From Botryllus schlosseri (taxonomy: Eukaryota): a stretch of 64,000 nt of DNA. Shown piece after piece: positions 1 through 13,512 of this stretch. The notes beneath the pieces were generated by a model that did not search any database, was not told the DNA's origin, and worked only from the letters and a program-made list of their open reading frames with translations. Position 1 is the stretch's first letter, and each line of letters starts with the position of its first letter. The position numbers were made by a program, and so were the translations under genes. The DNA lies in contig CM119371.1 in assembly GCA_051294905.1 (NCBI GenBank), positions 29,886,001 to 29,950,000 on the forward strand, given 5' to 3'.

Positions 1-2985
1 TGAACTAATGTTGTTGGTATAGGCTGCGGTCATGAGGTGATGTTGATTACGAAGTATATTGATCACGTGATTGATCCTTAGTTATTGTGTGTACCCCAAA
101 TTCTTATATATGACCGATTCGAGGTAATCCTAACGTTTACGGTGAGTGCGACTTCAAGATATCGTTATTCTTATGGCCGCGGCGGTGATTCGTACTTTCG
201 GGTATAGGCCGCGGGCGGCATGTCGTACTTCCAACAGAAAGGGTGTGAAATAGTTTGCTAAATATAGGAATCACTTGCAAGGTAATATTTCGGTAATTAG
301 TTTACCACAGAGCCGGCGGTAGACGGCGATTCGAATACCAACAATATCCGCGTTCACATACTAACACTTCAAAAAGGTGTGAAATATTTGTAAAATCCTA
401 CGAGCGCTCACAAGATAACACATCAGACATAGCCATCTCTCGCGGTTTGGTGTTACAGAGGTAGGAATCACGCACAAGTAATATTTTGGTAATTAGTTTG
501 TCACAGAACCGGCGTAGACGGTGATTCCAATACCAGCAATAGCCGCGTTCACAAACTAACACTTTAAAAAGGCGTGAAATAGGTTGCAAATCCCGCGATC
601 GCTGACAAGATAACACCTCACACATAGCGATCACTTGTGACTTGCTGTTACATACATTCCAATCGCCACAATGTAATATTTTGATAATCAGTATGTCACA
701 GAACTGGATTTCACTGGTAAAATTTAATAACTAACGAATAACAGAACCGTCGCAGACGGTGATTCGAATACCGACAAATTCTCACTTATTTCTGATCCAA
801 CCCTAATCCTTTGCGAAGTTGACGCTTATTCAAAAAGGTGTGAAACAATTGTAAAACCCCACGTCGCTGACAGGATAACGCATCAGACATAGCGATCTAG
901 TTATAGCACGTTGTCGGAATCCATTCGCGTTCTATAGGTAAACTGAGGTAATCCGAAACGAAATATTTTGACTTGGCGTAGTGTGAATTGAAATAGGATT
1001 GACAAACTTGACTACCATCTTTCCAAGTGCCATTTCGATATTATACGCACATTGATGTGAAACAACTAATGAAACATTACAACTCTATTCACGATCCGGC
1101 TTTCCGTTTGTCAAAGAGATATTTTAACATCTTACCATACTCAAAAGAATTATTCACAACATTAACCGGTGTTGAAAATATAGTTTTCACTTACTTGATT
1201 TTATCACTACAACTCGCAAACTTGAATTAATTCATCCTGGTTGTATTCATATGACCGATAATTTTTATTCAACTGTAAAAGTCGTTACTATTCTGTAAGA
1301 TAGAGGAATTACTACGCGGTATATTCTGCAAGACAAAGTAATTATTACTCGATATGTTTTGTAAGACAAAAGTAATTACTCTTCGGTACAGGCGACTTGA
1401 GATTAACATAATATGTTTGAGTATACGAGATTTGAAAGTCTGACCAACGTAGTTGAGAATTCATATCTTACAATCGAAAGCTGGTGTTATATCGAAAGTT
1501 ATCATTCTGTAATTTATCATTGACCGTACAGAGTTGCTGACATTCCAATGTCTTTTACGCTGTAATAAACGGATTCATTTGTGATAATTTAATTCTCGGT
1601 TATTGTTCAGACATTCAAATCTCGTATACTCAAAATGTAATTGGTTTATGTCAAGACGTATATGCAGCGATTAGTAAATACTTTGTCTTACAGAATAGTA
1701 ACGACCTTTACAGTTGAATAAAAATTATCGGTCATATGAATACAACCAGGATGAATTAATTCAAGTTTGCGAGTTGTAGTGATAAAATCAAGTAAGTGAA
1801 AACTATATTTTTAACACCGGTTAATGTTGTGAATAATTCTTTTGAGTATGGTAAGATGTTAAAATGTCTCTTTGATAAACGGAAAGCCGGATCGTGAATA
1901 GAGTTGTAATGTTTCATTAGTTGTTTCACATCAATGTGCGTATAATATCGAAATGGCACTTGGAAAGATGGTAGTCAAGTTTGTCAATCCTATTTCAATT
2001 CACACTACGCCAAGTCAAAATATTTCGTTTCGGATTACCTCAATTTACCTATAGAACGCGAATGGATTCCGACACCGTGCTAGAACTAGATCGCTATGTC
2101 TCATGCGTTATCCTGTCAGCGACGTAGGGTTTTACAATTATTTCACACCTTTTTGAATAAGCGTCAACTTCGCAAAGGATTAGGGTTGGATCAGAAATAA
2201 GTGAGAATTTGTCGGTATTCGAATCACCGTCTGCGACGGTTCTGTTATTCGTCAGTTATTAAATTTTACCAGTGAAATCCAGTTCTGTGACATACTGATT
2301 ATCAAAATATTACATTGTGGCGATTGGAATGTATGTAACAGCAAGTCACAAGTGATCGCTATGTCTGAGGTGTTATCTTGTCAGCGATCGCGGGATTTGC
2401 AACCTATTTCACGCCTTTTTAAAGTGTTAGTTTGTGAACGCGGCTATTGCTGGTATTGGAATCACCGTCTACGCCGGTTCTGTGACAAACTAATTACCAA
2501 AATATTACTTGTGCGTGATTCCTACCTCTGTAACACCAAACCGCGAGAGATGGCTATGTCTGATGTGTTATCTTGTGAGCGCTCGTAGGATTTTACAAAT
2601 ATTTCACACCTTTTTGAAGTGTTATTATGTGAACGCGGATATTGTTGGTATTCGAATCGCCGTCTACCGCCGGCTCTGTGGTAAACTAATTACCGAAATA
2701 TTACCTTGCAAGTGATTCCTATATTTAGAAAACTATTTCACACCCTTTTTGCTGGAAGTACGACATGCCGCCCGCGGCCTATACCCGAAAGTACGAATCT
2801 CCGCCGCGGCCATAAGAATAACGATGTCTTGAAGTCGCACTCACCGTAAACGTTAGGATTACCTCGAATCGGTCATATATAAGAATTTGGGGTACACACA
2901 ATAACTAATTATCAATCACGTGATCAATATACTTCGTAATCAACATCACCTCATGACCGCAGCCTATACCAACAACATTAGTTCA
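1..2985. repeat. Long inverted repeat / foldback element: arms 1-1300 and 1686-2985, ~385-bp spacer; left end runs off the window
   Basis: Position n pairs with 2986-n with only scattered mismatches (mirrored ORFs 398..634/2352..2588 and 1027..1230/1756..1959). Arms contain internal diverged repeats. The right flank 2986-3280 is a run of CATCACCRC motifs, probably the element terminus. Confidence 0.93.
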
Positions 2986-3655
2986 CTACGACACAAGAAT
3001 CCGTGGGCACATCATCGCCACCGCATATATATGAAAGGGTACCATCATCACCGCATAGGCACATCATCACCGCAGCCTATACCTGAAAGTACGACTCACC
3101 GCCACGAGTTTTCACGGCACATCATCGCCGCAGCCTATACCTGAAAGGGTACCATCATCACCGCACCCATAAGAACACATGGCACATCACCACCACAAGG
3201 GGGGTCTAAAAGGGTACCATCACCACCCCGGGTTTTTAGGCACATCACCACCCCGCCCATAAGAGCCCCAGGCACACCCAGACCGATCATGTATACTACT
3301 CACAGTTGCACACTGAATGGAAATTAAAGCAGATAATACAAAAGGCAAGCGAAAAAATGGGGTGGCATGTGGCGGAAGGCCAGATCGATAAGTTAGGTCG
3401 TGGTCCGGTAATCCTGTACTCTGACTAGTATTCATTGTCGAGAAATTGCTTGTATTTCGACTTGAATGCGGACATGCTCGACGACTGTCGGATAGCCGGC
3501 GAGATGCTGTTCCACGTACAAAGAGACACGCTTTGTTAGTGCGTGTTTCCTATTAAGAAATACGTTGCTGTGCCGATCGCAGACGCTATCAATGTCTTAC
3601 TATTAAGAAATGAAATACAATAAACATTGGCACATACGTAACCTACATCCTGAAC

Positions 3656-4711
3656 CAGAGGTGTCAAACTCAAATTACGTCGCGGGCCGGATTCAAACCT
3701 TCAAATGGCTCGCGGGCTGCACCAGTCAACTGATTCCAAAATGTTACCTCATGCCTTTGCTTTTCACATTAATACTTTATAATCAAGCACGCATCGATAA
3801 TTTCAATTATGAACGGCAATGATAATTATGAACCGTGGTACAATGTAATATGCTATTGTAATAGTATACATTGCATCACGGCTCACAGGGGTTTTAATCT
3901 ATAGCAAGTAGCAAAACATTTATTCGCAATCAATGGAGGCACCCGAAAAGTCTTCGAGCTCAAAAAATATTCTATTACAATGGATGTTGCATTGAAAGCT
4001 ATATTCATGTTCTGCACCACGAACCAGCTGTTTAACAATGGATTTGATGAAAATACGATGATTGGCCGGTTGAATACAGTTATGACACGCCAAAACATTG
4101 GGTTAACGACGATATAAGTCGGCATTTCTATGCTCCTTTAGAATAAGTCGTAATCTGACGTTAGCCCTTTATATACGTTACGAGGAATGCAAGAGATTAA
4201 ACTGTAAACGCGGACGTTGCAATTTGGTTCATTAATTCAATCACGATTCGTGTGTATCTGGATTCCGGGGACCTTTTTAGCCGGAAGCGACACAGCAGTG
4301 CTACCATAGATACTTTAATTATAGATTTCTGTTTAACTAATATATTCTTCATGTAAACTGCACATAAAAGAGTCCCACTTTGGCGTTTTTACTTCTGTGA
4401 ATAACTTTACTTCTTGGTCCATTTTTTCATAAAACTGTGAACTCCAGGTGCACTTTTTTGCCTTCTCGAAATTGGGTGTCAAAGTCAATGTCTCCGACTT
4501 GCTCGTAGTGGTTACTAGAGTGAAACCACAACACCGTAGTCGGGTGACTTTATGTTGTGGTCTACGAACATACTCGACATTTGCTGTCCTGAGGGAATAT
4601 TTCATGGAAGTATTTCCTTCAAGACATCTCTACATTTGTTACAAATGTGCTGGATTACATAAGCTTTTTCTACTCAAAATTGCTTCGCGGGCCGGATGTT
4701 TGACACCCCTT
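3656..4711. mobile_element. Non-autonomous hAT-type element (MITE)
   Basis: TIRs CAGAGGTGTCAAAC / GTTTGACACCCCTT; 8-bp flanks TCCTGAAC / TCCTAAAC (1 mismatch); subterminal GCGGGCCG motifs. Confidence 0.8.
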
Positions 4712-6146
4712 TCCTAAACTATAATCAAATACAATCTTAAACTTGTCAATGTGTCTTCCCGGTTTTTATATATATTATATTTATAGATTTACTTTAACAC
4801 TAACAAGATATCAAAACAGTGATTCAAGGAAAACAGTAAGGCAATGATTGAAATAACCTAACTGCAATGTACTAACCTAACAGTTTATTCAAGCGAACAA
4901 AATAGAAGGTCCCGACGCACAGGGCAACAGAATACGGATGACTATCGTCGTTTACTCGACGCGTAGTATAACACAATTAGGTAATTGTAATCAAGTAATG
5001 ATAATGTCCAATCCCGATACATATCATCTCCCCCCTTTCATTCGAAGCGCAAGCACCCTTCGCTCATTCCGGGATAACACGTGAAGGACATTGTCGATTG
5101 CGCGAACTTCGACGTGGTAGATTGTGGTTAACATCCATCACTCACTTCTCTCCCTCTCATTCTGTGGTTGACGAAACGTGATCCTTTCTCAGAAATCGTC
5201 GATTTCGCCACCATATCCGGCCGTATACTCAGTTTAACCGAATCTTACCAATGGTACTGATGCCTAGATGATGCACACGTTTAGTGATCGGGTTTTGAAT
5301 TCGAACGAAAGCTCCTATTTTGAATGGCGACAGCGGATGTGCATCTCTTTTATAATGACTTGTCCCATTTGCAGACGCTCGGCCAACAGGAGTAGCCTAC
5401 ACACAAAAAAAAATTACCTCGATTTACCGCGAAATGTCTGGAAGCAGGGTGGCCAGCCAATTGGCAGTAATATAACATTACCGTCACTCAATGTAAATTC
5501 AACTTACACCCGTCCGGTAATCTAGCTTTACACGCCAGACTGTAATGTTACAGTCACCTCTGGTATATTCAATCTACATTCTCTCCTGTACATTTACGAG
5601 GAGACTGTCATTTTACCTCCTACCTATAACCCTACATGCTGTCCTTTGTAAATCAGATTACATGTCAGCTTCTAAATTCACGTACATCCATACCTATCCC
5701 AAAGCAACGCGATGCCAAAATACAGCAAGTTTCTTCACGCTCTAAAAACGACATTGGGACAACTGTATATTCATTCATGATTGACGATGAAAAAGTATTG
5801 CTGCTGGAGGTCTAATTCTTCTGTAGGAGGAATGCAAATATAGCACAAGTGGTCCCAAGAAAAGGTGAATTAATTCCACCGCCGGATAAACTTCCAATTG
5901 TTTCTTTTTCTCGTCTTCATTCCTTCTGTGTGACTAGTATCTTGCAGTTCCACTAAAAAGAACTTATGCGTAAGTCGCTATATTAAGCAAAGTTCCTAAT
6001 CTAGACATGACATTACAATAACTACTAAGACAAATAGGCTAACAAAAATATAACAATTTTTGAAGTACCGGTACTGGTACATTTTGTGACGACGGCTCCG
6101 CCTTTTACATGATATAGCAGAGATTCATGACTTACTTCATCTAATG

Positions 6147-6675
6147 CAGCGGTTCTCAACCTTTTTTGACATGCGCCACCCTCGGCGATGGCCAAAAAGT
6201 TTACGCCCCCTGCACTTATCGTCACGTCAAAAAGAGCACATCATCTAATACAGAGATAGGCAACCTTTTTGCTAATCACGGTCACATTTCAATTACTTAG
6301 GTAGCCTAAGGCCGCATTCCAGGGAATAGCCGCCGCAGAGCAACCTATATTGCATCCAAGTCTGCCTTAAGTAGTGCAGTTCGCCAGCTATTACCAACAG
6401 CTACCCAGCGCACCGAGCTTTAGGCTACTGCCAAATCTATGAAGTAATGAATGACTTACACGTGGGAATTGCTCTAAATCTTCAAAGAATATCAAAAATC
6501 TGCTCAAATGAAGTTGAATGCGACTGCTGGAGTTTGAATTTGGCGAGCTTTCTTGAATACGAATTAAGTTTGTTCTTCAACAATCGTCTTCTGAAAATGG
6601 TTGTGAAACACATGTTTAGTCAGAATTCAGACAGACTTAGTCAATTTCTCGCGCCCCGCAGGTTGAGAACCACTG
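6147..6675. mobile_element. hAT-type MITE
   Basis: TIRs CAGCGGTTCTCAACCT / AGGTTGAGAACCACTG; perfect 8-bp TSD ATCTAATG. Confidence 0.9.
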
Positions 6676-7098
6676 ATCTAATGTATTGAAGCAAAAGGTT
6701 CCTCATTTGAGGTGGCATGTGTGCCAAACAAATCCAGCAGTGGATGGAAACATCTCTATGCTATGGCCCGAAAATTACATGAACAAACCAACAGTTTCAA
6801 CTCCTCTGTGGCGGAGTATGTGGTGTCACAGGTCACTATTATGTAAGTCGACTAATATCCAAAAATAGAACAGAGAATGCGGCGAATGAAATATTTCAAT
6901 AATGAAATCAAAGTCATCCCGATGGTGTGCACAGTCGTAGATATTCACGGTAACAAATACTATGTAGTACTGTACCTTTTACGATGCGTATCCCATTCAG
7001 CATTCCTAGGAATCTTCAAGGATCCACTTTCTTCAAGCACAACAAGCTTCGCTCCACCCGGGTTGGAATCCCGGTACGTTTAGCGAGACACCGATGAC

Positions 7099-8373
7099 CA
7101 GGCCTGTTTATTTTTGGATTTCTCCAAAAATAACAAAAATAGCTTATTTTTGGATGTTTTCAAATTTTATTTTTGGAGGATCTCCAAAAATAAGAATTGA
7201 AGGTGTTTTGAGCCCGATTACTACTGAAAAAATCCACCAAAAGTATGTTATTATCATGTATTTAGGTCCTCCAACACATAGATATCATCAGTGATCTTGA
7301 TCTAACTTTCCAATACATTCTTCACAAATTTAGTCTTTGGCCTGGAGGATGCCTTCTAGAGAATATTAATCACTGCGAGACGCCCCCCCCCCCCCCCCCT
7401 TGATTTTCGAGATATCGGCCCCGAACGTCGCAATTGTGGGAAACATCGAGGTTAGGGGTCCAAAAATCGAGGAATGTCTAACTCTTCAAACTTTCCAATC
7501 TTCCAAGCCTTTGCTCCTGAAAAGCGCTCGTCAGTAATGCGCTTGAAACCTCTGATCCTCCACGAAGTTGCGTGCCTCATTGAACTTGACATCCCAACAC
7601 CCTCTGACCAGAAAACCTTCTTTGTGGCGGTCCTCGTCCCAGTCCTCACCTGGACACAGGCGTTCGACCAGGCGCATGACCTCCTGCTGCTCCATGATCA
7701 GAACATCAAGACCATGAAGCTTCGTGACGGTGGTGCTCAGCTGTGTGCGAGCGTGACCATGCGATCGAGAACGATCAGATGGATCCACCACAGCAGCGAA
7801 GTTGCACACGTCGGACTGTTTTCGTCCATAACATCAAGGAGTTTGGTACGGTTTTCAGTCAACCAAGAGACCACCCTCTTCATTGACAATAAACGAGCGT
7901 CAACAAACTTGGGTCACACGCTTTCCATCTACTCTGGATCAAGTTGTGTTGCCGTCTGAAGCATCAGCAGATGAGTCCCGTCATCGTGTGGACGAAGTGA
8001 TTGCGACAGAGGTGGCTGTATATGATTTCGCCGTTCCCTTTGCCTCACTCAAGCTGCCTTCCCGTCTTCTCTACGTGTCGCACTGTGAAACTTATAGCAG
8101 TACAAAGGCGGAGGGGCGGGCAGGCAGGCAGGCAAGGTCAGCAGAAACGTGAAGTGGATTGAGTGGAAGTAGTTTTAGCGTTTCGGTGACCCCTTCCCTC
8201 ACATAGGTGCTGTTTTGTGTGTTTTATGAGTTTTCTGATCGTTTACATCGCTCTGACTTGTATATTTCACTGAAAAACATCATCCAAAAAAATCTTATTT
8301 TTGGATGTTTTCAAATCTTATTTTTGGAGAATCTCCAAAAATAAAACCCAACATCCAAAAATAAACAGGCCTG
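7099..8373 (-). mobile_element. Internally deleted DNA transposon (hAT-like) carrying a decayed coding remnant
   Basis: 21-bp perfect TIR CAGGCCTGTTTATTTTTGGAT; perfect 8-bp TSD CCGATGAC; subterminal TTTTTGGA repeats; GC-richer core ~7530-7990 reads on minus RRQHNLIQ/MESV*PKFVDARLLSMKRVVSWL...WW with stop and frameshifts. Confidence 0.85.
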
Positions 8374-9364
8374 CCGATGACCGATTCCATATTGGCGCTC
8401 CACCCTTTGCTCAAATCTCAATAATGGCCAGACGACGATACGACACTCGAACGATTTCAAATCGAGTGGTATTCATCCGCTGACATGCCACCAATAATAT
8501 TTACCGGCCACGTTATAATGTTTGATTTAGGTCGTATTTTTTCATACAGAAACAATTATCATTACATATAGTCCCTTTCTTTTCCATCTAATCTCGTATA
8601 AATTGATATATATTCCACGTGATGTTCACTACTTACTATGCATATACTTACCCAGACGCTGCTTGTGATGTCACAGTTGTGCGTTGGTTGTTTACTACGA
8701 AACTCAGAAAAAGCGGTAACTCGTAACCCTAACCTACTGTAACCTATGACAGATCGCCATGTCCGCCATTAACAAATGGTCAACTTAGCATGCGGTGCTG
8801 ATATTTCCAGTTTCCCGAACAATATTATACATCCTAAACTGATATTTTAACTTATCAGTCCTATCCCTGGTAACCAACGAAACCGGCCGTATAGCCATAG
8901 CCTTATAATATAATATAGTGGCTATGGTGTACCACATTAGCTACGATTGTCAGTTGTTTCTTTTACCCCAGTATGTACTTTACTGAAATTGGTACTAGGG
9001 TCAACAATTTCCGTATGATAGACCCCAGTCTCGCGAACGTGGTTGAATCAGGTCAAATCACCACAAAAAATGATATCAGTAACATTCAGTTCCACGTATA
9101 ACATTGGCCGCAGCGATTTTCAAGCTAATCAATTTTGCCAATAGCCTGATATACTGCAGGAACGATTAACTGCCAGTAATTTTGCGAATAAATTCTGGTA
9201 ACTTGACTTTACACCTAAAATAGGGTAATATTACACATCAAAATGTAAAATTACAAGCTACTCACAGCTATTGGCTGCGACTAGTAATCCGTTGCAAAAT
9301 TTACAGAGATTTCCCAGTAAATCTACCAGATTTTTTTTGTGTGTATCTATCAGTGTACTACACG

Positions 9365-9630
9365 AGGTATTTGTCCCGCAATATGAAAACAGGTCGGTTG
9401 AGACATCCTCGAATACTCTGCTAGGATATGGTTCAATTTCCATTAATTCTTTCGGTAAACTTTGCAAATGTTCCTGGCATCTCCCGCATGTCTGTCCCAC
9501 ATTCTCTGTGTCCGTGCTCACTGCTCATACCGGCCCAGTACAAAGTTCGACTCGCCCGCATTTTCGTTCTGACTATGCCTTGATGAGCATCATACAATCA
9601 TGCAAGTGCTTCTCCTTTAAATCCCTGCGG
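9365..9630 (-). pseudogene. Gypsy/Ty3 LTR-retrotransposon integrase relic (zinc-binding domain and start of core)
   Basis: Minus strand reads AHQGIVRTKMRASRTLYWAGMS, then after a frameshift TDTENVGQTCGRCQEHLQSLPKE...PYPSRVFEDVSTDLFSY, matching the H..G..YWPGM..CxxCQ..P..DLF pattern. Confidence 0.8.
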
Positions 9631-12338
9631 GACTACAATTCGTGCATTGTGTAGAACCAAACCAGGGATATCTTGAAACTCTAGATATCCCTGAACCAAA
9701 CCATCGTCTATATACTGAGATCATTCCAAATCTTCCAGTATAGCTGCAAGGCAATCGGTGCTTTTTAGCGGTTAGCAGGGAATCCATTTCGTATATTCTC
9801 GAGCAGAGGTGGCCAATCTTTTGACTTTTCACGGCCACATATTGATTAATCATGTAGCCTACGGCCGCGTTCCAGGGCATAGTGGTAAGGAATTAGCTGA
9901 CCGTCAAATACCCATGTTAAACTGTCCGTGTCCATGTCTATTTACGGTGAACCCCGGATTAATCTATTTATTCGTATCGGCTTAGGCTACTATACGTACC
10001 GAAATCGCGAGTGGTCACTGGTCATGTCATTTGAATGGTCAGATTCACGAATGAATTTCGTCATCGATATTTGTAGTTTCTCATATTACTTTCAAACATT
10101 TATCCTTTCTCAGCCCATGTGATCAGATTCACCGGTAGAGCTGATGGAGGGGTATCCTCGAAAAATTAGGGCAAGTTATAAATGATGATGCATCATAGGG
10201 TGGACCAATTGGTATTAGTCCGTTTGTTGCATGCTGTTATTACTTGACCTCCCATCAGGATTGTAGGCATTGGGGAAATATATTGGAATCGCCCAAACGT
10301 ACCAGAAACGAATTTATTTCGTGAGGAGCGCACGATTCCGAATTGGTACATCCATATGGGGCGCATCATTTTCCTGTCGTTTAGGATCTGTACTGTGGGG
10401 CTCCGATTGCAACGGGCGCTATTATATTAAATTCGAAAAATGAAGATGCATTGAATCACGCATGACACGAGAAAAATTTCAAGTTTTATTAGAATCTCAA
10501 TTCGCAAATTCAATTTGCATGTCGACGGCCGCCAACAGCACATGCTAATTGAATTACGTGTCGACGGCCGTACCAATTTCCTTCTATGGTCGCAGGTTGG
10601 ACATCCCAGCCCCTGGTCTCGAGTACTGACTGATAATTACTGTCGGTGAGTGCAACTTGTCACATGCGCAACAAGACCGGCTCTTCCAGTGCGTTGAACG
10701 ATCCACCGGCGCGGCGTTTCTGGCGCGATATGTTCACTGTCGCACTTACTCGACGCGATCGCCCTCCATATTATAGCTTCATTTCTTTATGCAGTACGTG
10801 GAAACAGGACCGAAACAGCACTTCGTAAGCCCCCCTCCCCCAACGTTGGTCTTGGGCCCCCATAGGATGATAAACCAGACTTCTGGCTACGCCCCCCTGA
10901 CTTCTCTTCAACCTTTACGTCTTACCGGTACTTAGCGACAAGATTTGTTCTACTGTTTGGAGCGACAGCTTATAACGCTTAATCGCGCGAAAATTTTATA
11001 TCGTACAGGATTGAAGCGGTCAATATGATCGGGAATTGGATATATATCGCCTCACTACCATAAGCACCGAATTTTGCAAGTTCACAAACTGTATCGCTTC
11101 GAAGTATCAAAAGTCATTCACAAATATTTTTCCAATAGTTTGCCTCCTGTGTTTGATGACTTTTTCATGCCTGCTAAAAATGTCCACTCCCACTACACGA
11201 GATCCTCGTCTATATAGGAAATATCTATCTAGGAAATATTACAGGAATTCTAGTACAAATTCTAGAATCAGAAGTTTTCTAATTCGATTATCTGACTTTT
11301 ATGATTAATAAAAAGTGCACTTCTTTACGGATTTCAAAATATGGTAACCCTAGGCCAGGGGTTTTCAACCGGTGGCCCGTGACGTCTTTCATTATTAACG
11401 CAATTACTACTGGCTACATTAATATTGTTACATATTTATTGTATTTGTAATTGTAATTGACTACTCATTCTTTGTTATGTTCTAGATTCTTGATATATGC
11501 TCGAGTTGATTATGTTTTATATATGTTTTGAATCGGTATTCGGCTGGAGTCTTGTTCTAGAGAATCCTGCTGTATTGTAGTAGGTACACATTTAAAGAGT
11601 GTTTTATAAATCACTGCGAATGGTTTGAACAGAATCAAGAACAAGGGACGGGAAATCAAACGGCGAAAACTGGGTTTGTAGTTCTGCGTGGAAAATGAAT
11701 TGGCTTTCTCAGATATAAATGGCAAACCGATGTGTCATATTTGTCGAAGAACGGTTGTCGTAACGAAGTGTAGAAGCTTAAAATGATACCGAGACAGTTT
11801 CTTCTGTATAGCGGTTTTTAGTTATAAATATATCGCCTGATCTTAGAAAACGTTACCAGCTAGGTGTCAAGCTGGAAGTCCATATTCAGGGGAGTTGTTA
11901 AAATTGCCAACTACGGTACAAACGCATCGTTCAAAATTGCTTGGTATATCGCTAACCCCAGGAAATATGCTAGAGCAGTGCTCTTCAACCGGGGTTTTCG
12001 TACACCCTAGGGTGTACCAAAATTTTAAAAGGGTGTACCACTCACATGGGGTGTACAGGGGTGTACCAGATCCGAATTAAAATGGACCGATGACTATATA
12101 GCTATCACAATAAACAGGAAATTGTATGATTAAGAACATCTATGTTGACCGGACGTGCATTATCGTAAAATATGTTCATATCAGCTGTACGAGCATGTAA
12201 GCTATATATATTCCTTTTGATGTATCATAAGCATGTGTTTGTGCACATCACTTGAATGTTGGTATGGACTTTTGGATTCCTTTTGGAGTAGAAAAGGATG
12301 GAGATGACATGTGTTCCGCTTGCAATATCCGTCTATAA

Positions 12339-13512
12339 CAGGGGTGGGCAAACCACGGCCCGCGAGAGTCACACCGTTCTGTGCGGCCCGCGAGAGTCCA
12401 AAGAAAATTATTAAAAATACTGATAAAATACGTACTAAAAATCGAATTAATGCTGGGACTTGATAAAAATTTTCTTAGTATATTTCGCTATGATATTTCT
12501 AAGACAGTGGTTCTCAAACTGACCCCCCCCCCCCCCCCCCTTGAGGGGTGAAAGCATCTGAAGATGGAGGCGAAGCTGAGTTCAACTGAAATTTTTTTTC
12601 GCGCTTCGCGCAATCTATATTCCGTTCATGCTTGTTACTCTGTATTTTTTTTGTCTGAATTTCATATTTCAAAATCTCTCATCTACAGTCGTAACCTTCC
12701 ATGCCATATAACTATCCGTTAGGTTTGCTAGCATCGGTTGCGTTTTGAGATATGACGATAAGGGGGGTGCGAACTCTTTTACCATCATAAGGGGGTGGGG
12801 TGACGTGTCTTAAAAAGTTTGAGAACCACTGTACTAAGGTGAATACTTCCTCTATCATTTTTATGTTTAATTTCTGGCGCGACATCCCGATCTCAAGGCC
12901 CCACGCAGGTTGAAAGGTTTCAACTGCTAAACATCAAATAAATCCTACACGAGATTGACATGATTCGGATCACGAGTGTGATTTCAGATTGACCACTCCA
13001 ATTTAAATATTCCAGTCATGTGCGTATAAAAAACGATTCGCGCGTGTCTTAGGTAGATTCGTTCTCTGCATGTATAGAATTAGGCTATTTAAATTTTATC
13101 TACACATAGTAAAGCGTGTTTGAAGCTAACATGGTTATGGTGCTGTCAGCATTGTGTGTCCTGGAACTGAACCAGAAGTGGAATTAGTAAATCTATGAAC
13201 AGATCGCTGCTCACAGATTTAAATTTCAATTCTGTTCTAAGAACCGGGACAACCGACTTCCATCTCTATGGTTTTGACAAATTGGTTATTGAGGTCTCAC
13301 CACTGTTTCTGACGCGTGTACGGTATCATCAAAGCAATGTTTGGAATGTTTTAAAAAAGGATATATATCATCTCCATGTCCTTACTATATAATCAAATAC
13401 CAATATTGCGTTTGGTTTATAATCCCAATTCTATGTAGTATAGTGCGGCCCGCGAATGGATTCAGATGTTGAATGCGGCCCGCCATGCAGCTCAAAAGTT
13501 TGCCCACCCCTG
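12339..13512. mobile_element. hAT-type MITE nested in 11976-14718
   Basis: TIRs CAGGGGTGGGCAAAC / GTTTGCCCACCCCTG; perfect TSD GTCTATAA. Confidence 0.9.
12505..12831. mobile_element. hAT-type MITE nested in 12339-13512
   Basis: TIRs CAGTGGTTCTCAAACT / AGTTTGAGAACCACTG; flanks TTCTAAGA / TACTAAGG (6/8). A related copy lies at ~60047-61276. Confidence 0.8.

Noticed and set aside
398..2588. Mirrored 78-aa and 67-aa ORF pairs
   Set aside because: Consequence of the palindrome; non-ATG starts and no protein family resemblance.
7474..7959. 161-aa plus-strand ORF
   Set aside because: Likely the antisense shadow of the decayed minus-strand transposase-like frame.
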